From Candidatus Cloacimonadales bacterium (lineage in GTDB: Bacteria; Cloacimonadota; Cloacimonadia; Cloacimonadales; JAIOQZ01), in the NCBI GenBank assembly GCA_963674825.1, contig OY771587.1:640001-704000 (forward strand): a stretch of 64,000 nt of DNA, in the 5' to 3' direction. Shown here in pieces: positions 62,907 through 64,000 of this stretch. Numbering within the stretch: the first letter of the stretch is position 1; each line of letters starts with the position of its first letter. Made by a program: the position numbers and the translations under genes. The notes under the pieces were generated by a model. It was given only the letters and a program-made list of their open reading frames with translations. It was not told the origin of the DNA and made no database searches.

Positions 62907-63626
62907 TCAAGACGGCGTTCGCATGATAAGGCGCTTCATCTCCCTGACCGCTTCGGCAAATCCCGTAAACAACGCACGCGCTACGATGCTGTGGCCGATA
63001 TTGTATTCCTGAATCAATCCCAGATCGACCAGCGCGTGGATGTTGTGATAGTTCAGCCCGTGCCCGGCGACGATACGCATACCCGCAGTGCGGATCAGCT
63101 TCGCGCCTTTTTCGATGCGCTGAAGCTCCTTGCGAATGTCTTCACGGTCGGTCAGGTTAGCATAGCGTCCGGTGTGCATTTCGACAGCATCCGCGCCATA
63201 GCGGTCGGCCAGCTTGATCATCGATGCTTCGGGCTCGATGAACACACTTACTTCGATCCCGGCGTCCTTAAGCTCCTGAATCTTGCCACGAAGCGAGTCC
63301 GGCTCGAGGTTCAGGCCGCCCTCGGTGGTCAATTCTTCCCTCCGCTCCGGTACAAGGGTTACTGTATCCGGTTTCACGGTCTTGGCAACGACGATCATCT
63401 CGTCGGTCGCAGCCATCTCGAGGTTGAGCCTTGTCTGAACCGTCTGACGCAGCAAGTTGAGGTCACGAAGCTGGATGTGACGGCGGTCTTCCCGCAAGTG
63501 GATCGTTATCTGATCTGCTCCGTGCTGTTCGGCAATAAACGCGGCGTGCACGGGATCCGGTTCGATCCCCATGCGAGCCTGTCTGAGTGTTGCAAAGTGG
63601 TCTATGTTAATGCCAAGTTCCGGCAT
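62907..63626 (-). CDS. pdxJ: Pyridoxine 5'-phosphate synthase
   Basis: GINIDHFATLRQAR, HLREDRRHI, LTTEGGL, AGHGL, NIGHSI. Confidence 0.97.
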   Translation of the reverse strand: MPELGINIDHFATLRQARMGIEPDPVHAAFIAEQHGADQITIHLREDRRHIQLRDLNLLRQTVQTRLNLEMAATDEMIVVAKTVKPDTVTLVPERREELTTEGGLNLEPDSLRGKIQELKDAGIEVSVFIEPEASMIKLADRYGADAVEMHTGRYANLTDREDIRKELQRIEKGAKLIRTAGMRIVAGHGLNYHNIHALVDLGLIQEYNIGHSIVARALFTGFAEAVREMKRLIMRTPS

Positions 63627-63649
63627 GAATCGCTCCCGTGTTCGTTATT

Positions 63650-64000
63650 CTACAGATTCTCGTCGTAAATCAGGATATCGGCTTCCGCACGTAACTGCTT
63701 GATGTGCCGGATGAGTTGCAATTCCGATTCGATCTGAACCAGACGCTGTTTGAGCGCACCCTTGATATCCTCGAAATCGGCAATGCGACTTTCCTTGCGG
63801 TCTGTGACCATCAGAATGTGCGTGCCAAACTGCGTCGTAATTGGATCACTGATCTCACCCACTTTCATGCTGAACGCGGCGTCCTCGATCTCCTTGACCA
63901 TCACGCCACGTGGGAAAAAGCCCAGATCGCCAGACTGCCTGAAGCTCGGACAGTCCGAGAGCATCTTGGCAATCGCACCGAAATCTTCCGGTGATTCGAT
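63650..64000 (-). CDS. Parvulin-type peptidyl-prolyl isomerase (partial, runs off the window)
   Basis: F..IAK..SDCPS...GDLGFF.RG.MV.E.E.AAF...G.IS.PI.T.FG.HI. Confidence 0.88.
   Translation of the reverse strand: MESPEDFGAIAKMLSDCPSFRQSGDLGFFPRGVMVKEIEDAAFSMKVGEISDPITTQFGTHILMVTDRKESRIADFEDIKGALKQRLVQIESELQLIRHIKQLRAEADILIYDENL

Noticed and set aside
1..64000. Apparent abundance of ATCGA/TCGA words
   Set aside because: Plausibly explained by ATC/CTC/TTC-GAN codon pairs; cannot be called over-represented without a Markov-model count

Overview
A 64-kb, gene-dense bacterial chromosome segment from a diderm, probably an anaerobic FCB-group organism. This is inferred from T9SS/FlgD_ig-type C-terminal tails, LolC/E, an LpxL-like acyltransferase, a long-form HutU and a Bacteroides-like SerA; Cloacimonadota-like is a guess. 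Contents, left to right: (1) a 17.5-kb signalling cluster of four PAS/GAF or hybrid kinases around a chemosensory operon (dual-Hpt cheA, cheW, stand-alone Cache protein, MCP, cheR, cheB); (2) ferritin-like gene, a catalytically degenerate Bpu10I-like nuclease-fold gene, hutU, amidohydrolase and glmM-like mutase; (3) a tandem array of six paralogous small beta-barrel-like exported proteins, the last frameshifted in its signal peptide; (4) SGNH hydrolase, serA, a repeat-rich structured spacer, lolC/E, a PAS kinase, secreted M1 peptidase, glgP and galE; (5) a signal-peptide 2x[4Fe-4S] ferredoxin fused to a secretion tail; (6) four tandem Desulfovibrio-like flagellins plus a vestigial fifth, with CsrA-like leaders and GT2/YkgJ-type candidate modification genes; (7) a compact, divergent cpoB-pilT-pilMN-pilOP-secretin operon; (8) housekeeping genes including a GlgA homolog that has lost most catalytic motifs. 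No tRNA, rRNA, CRISPR array or transposase was recognised. All family assignments come from motif recognition by eye, not database searches.
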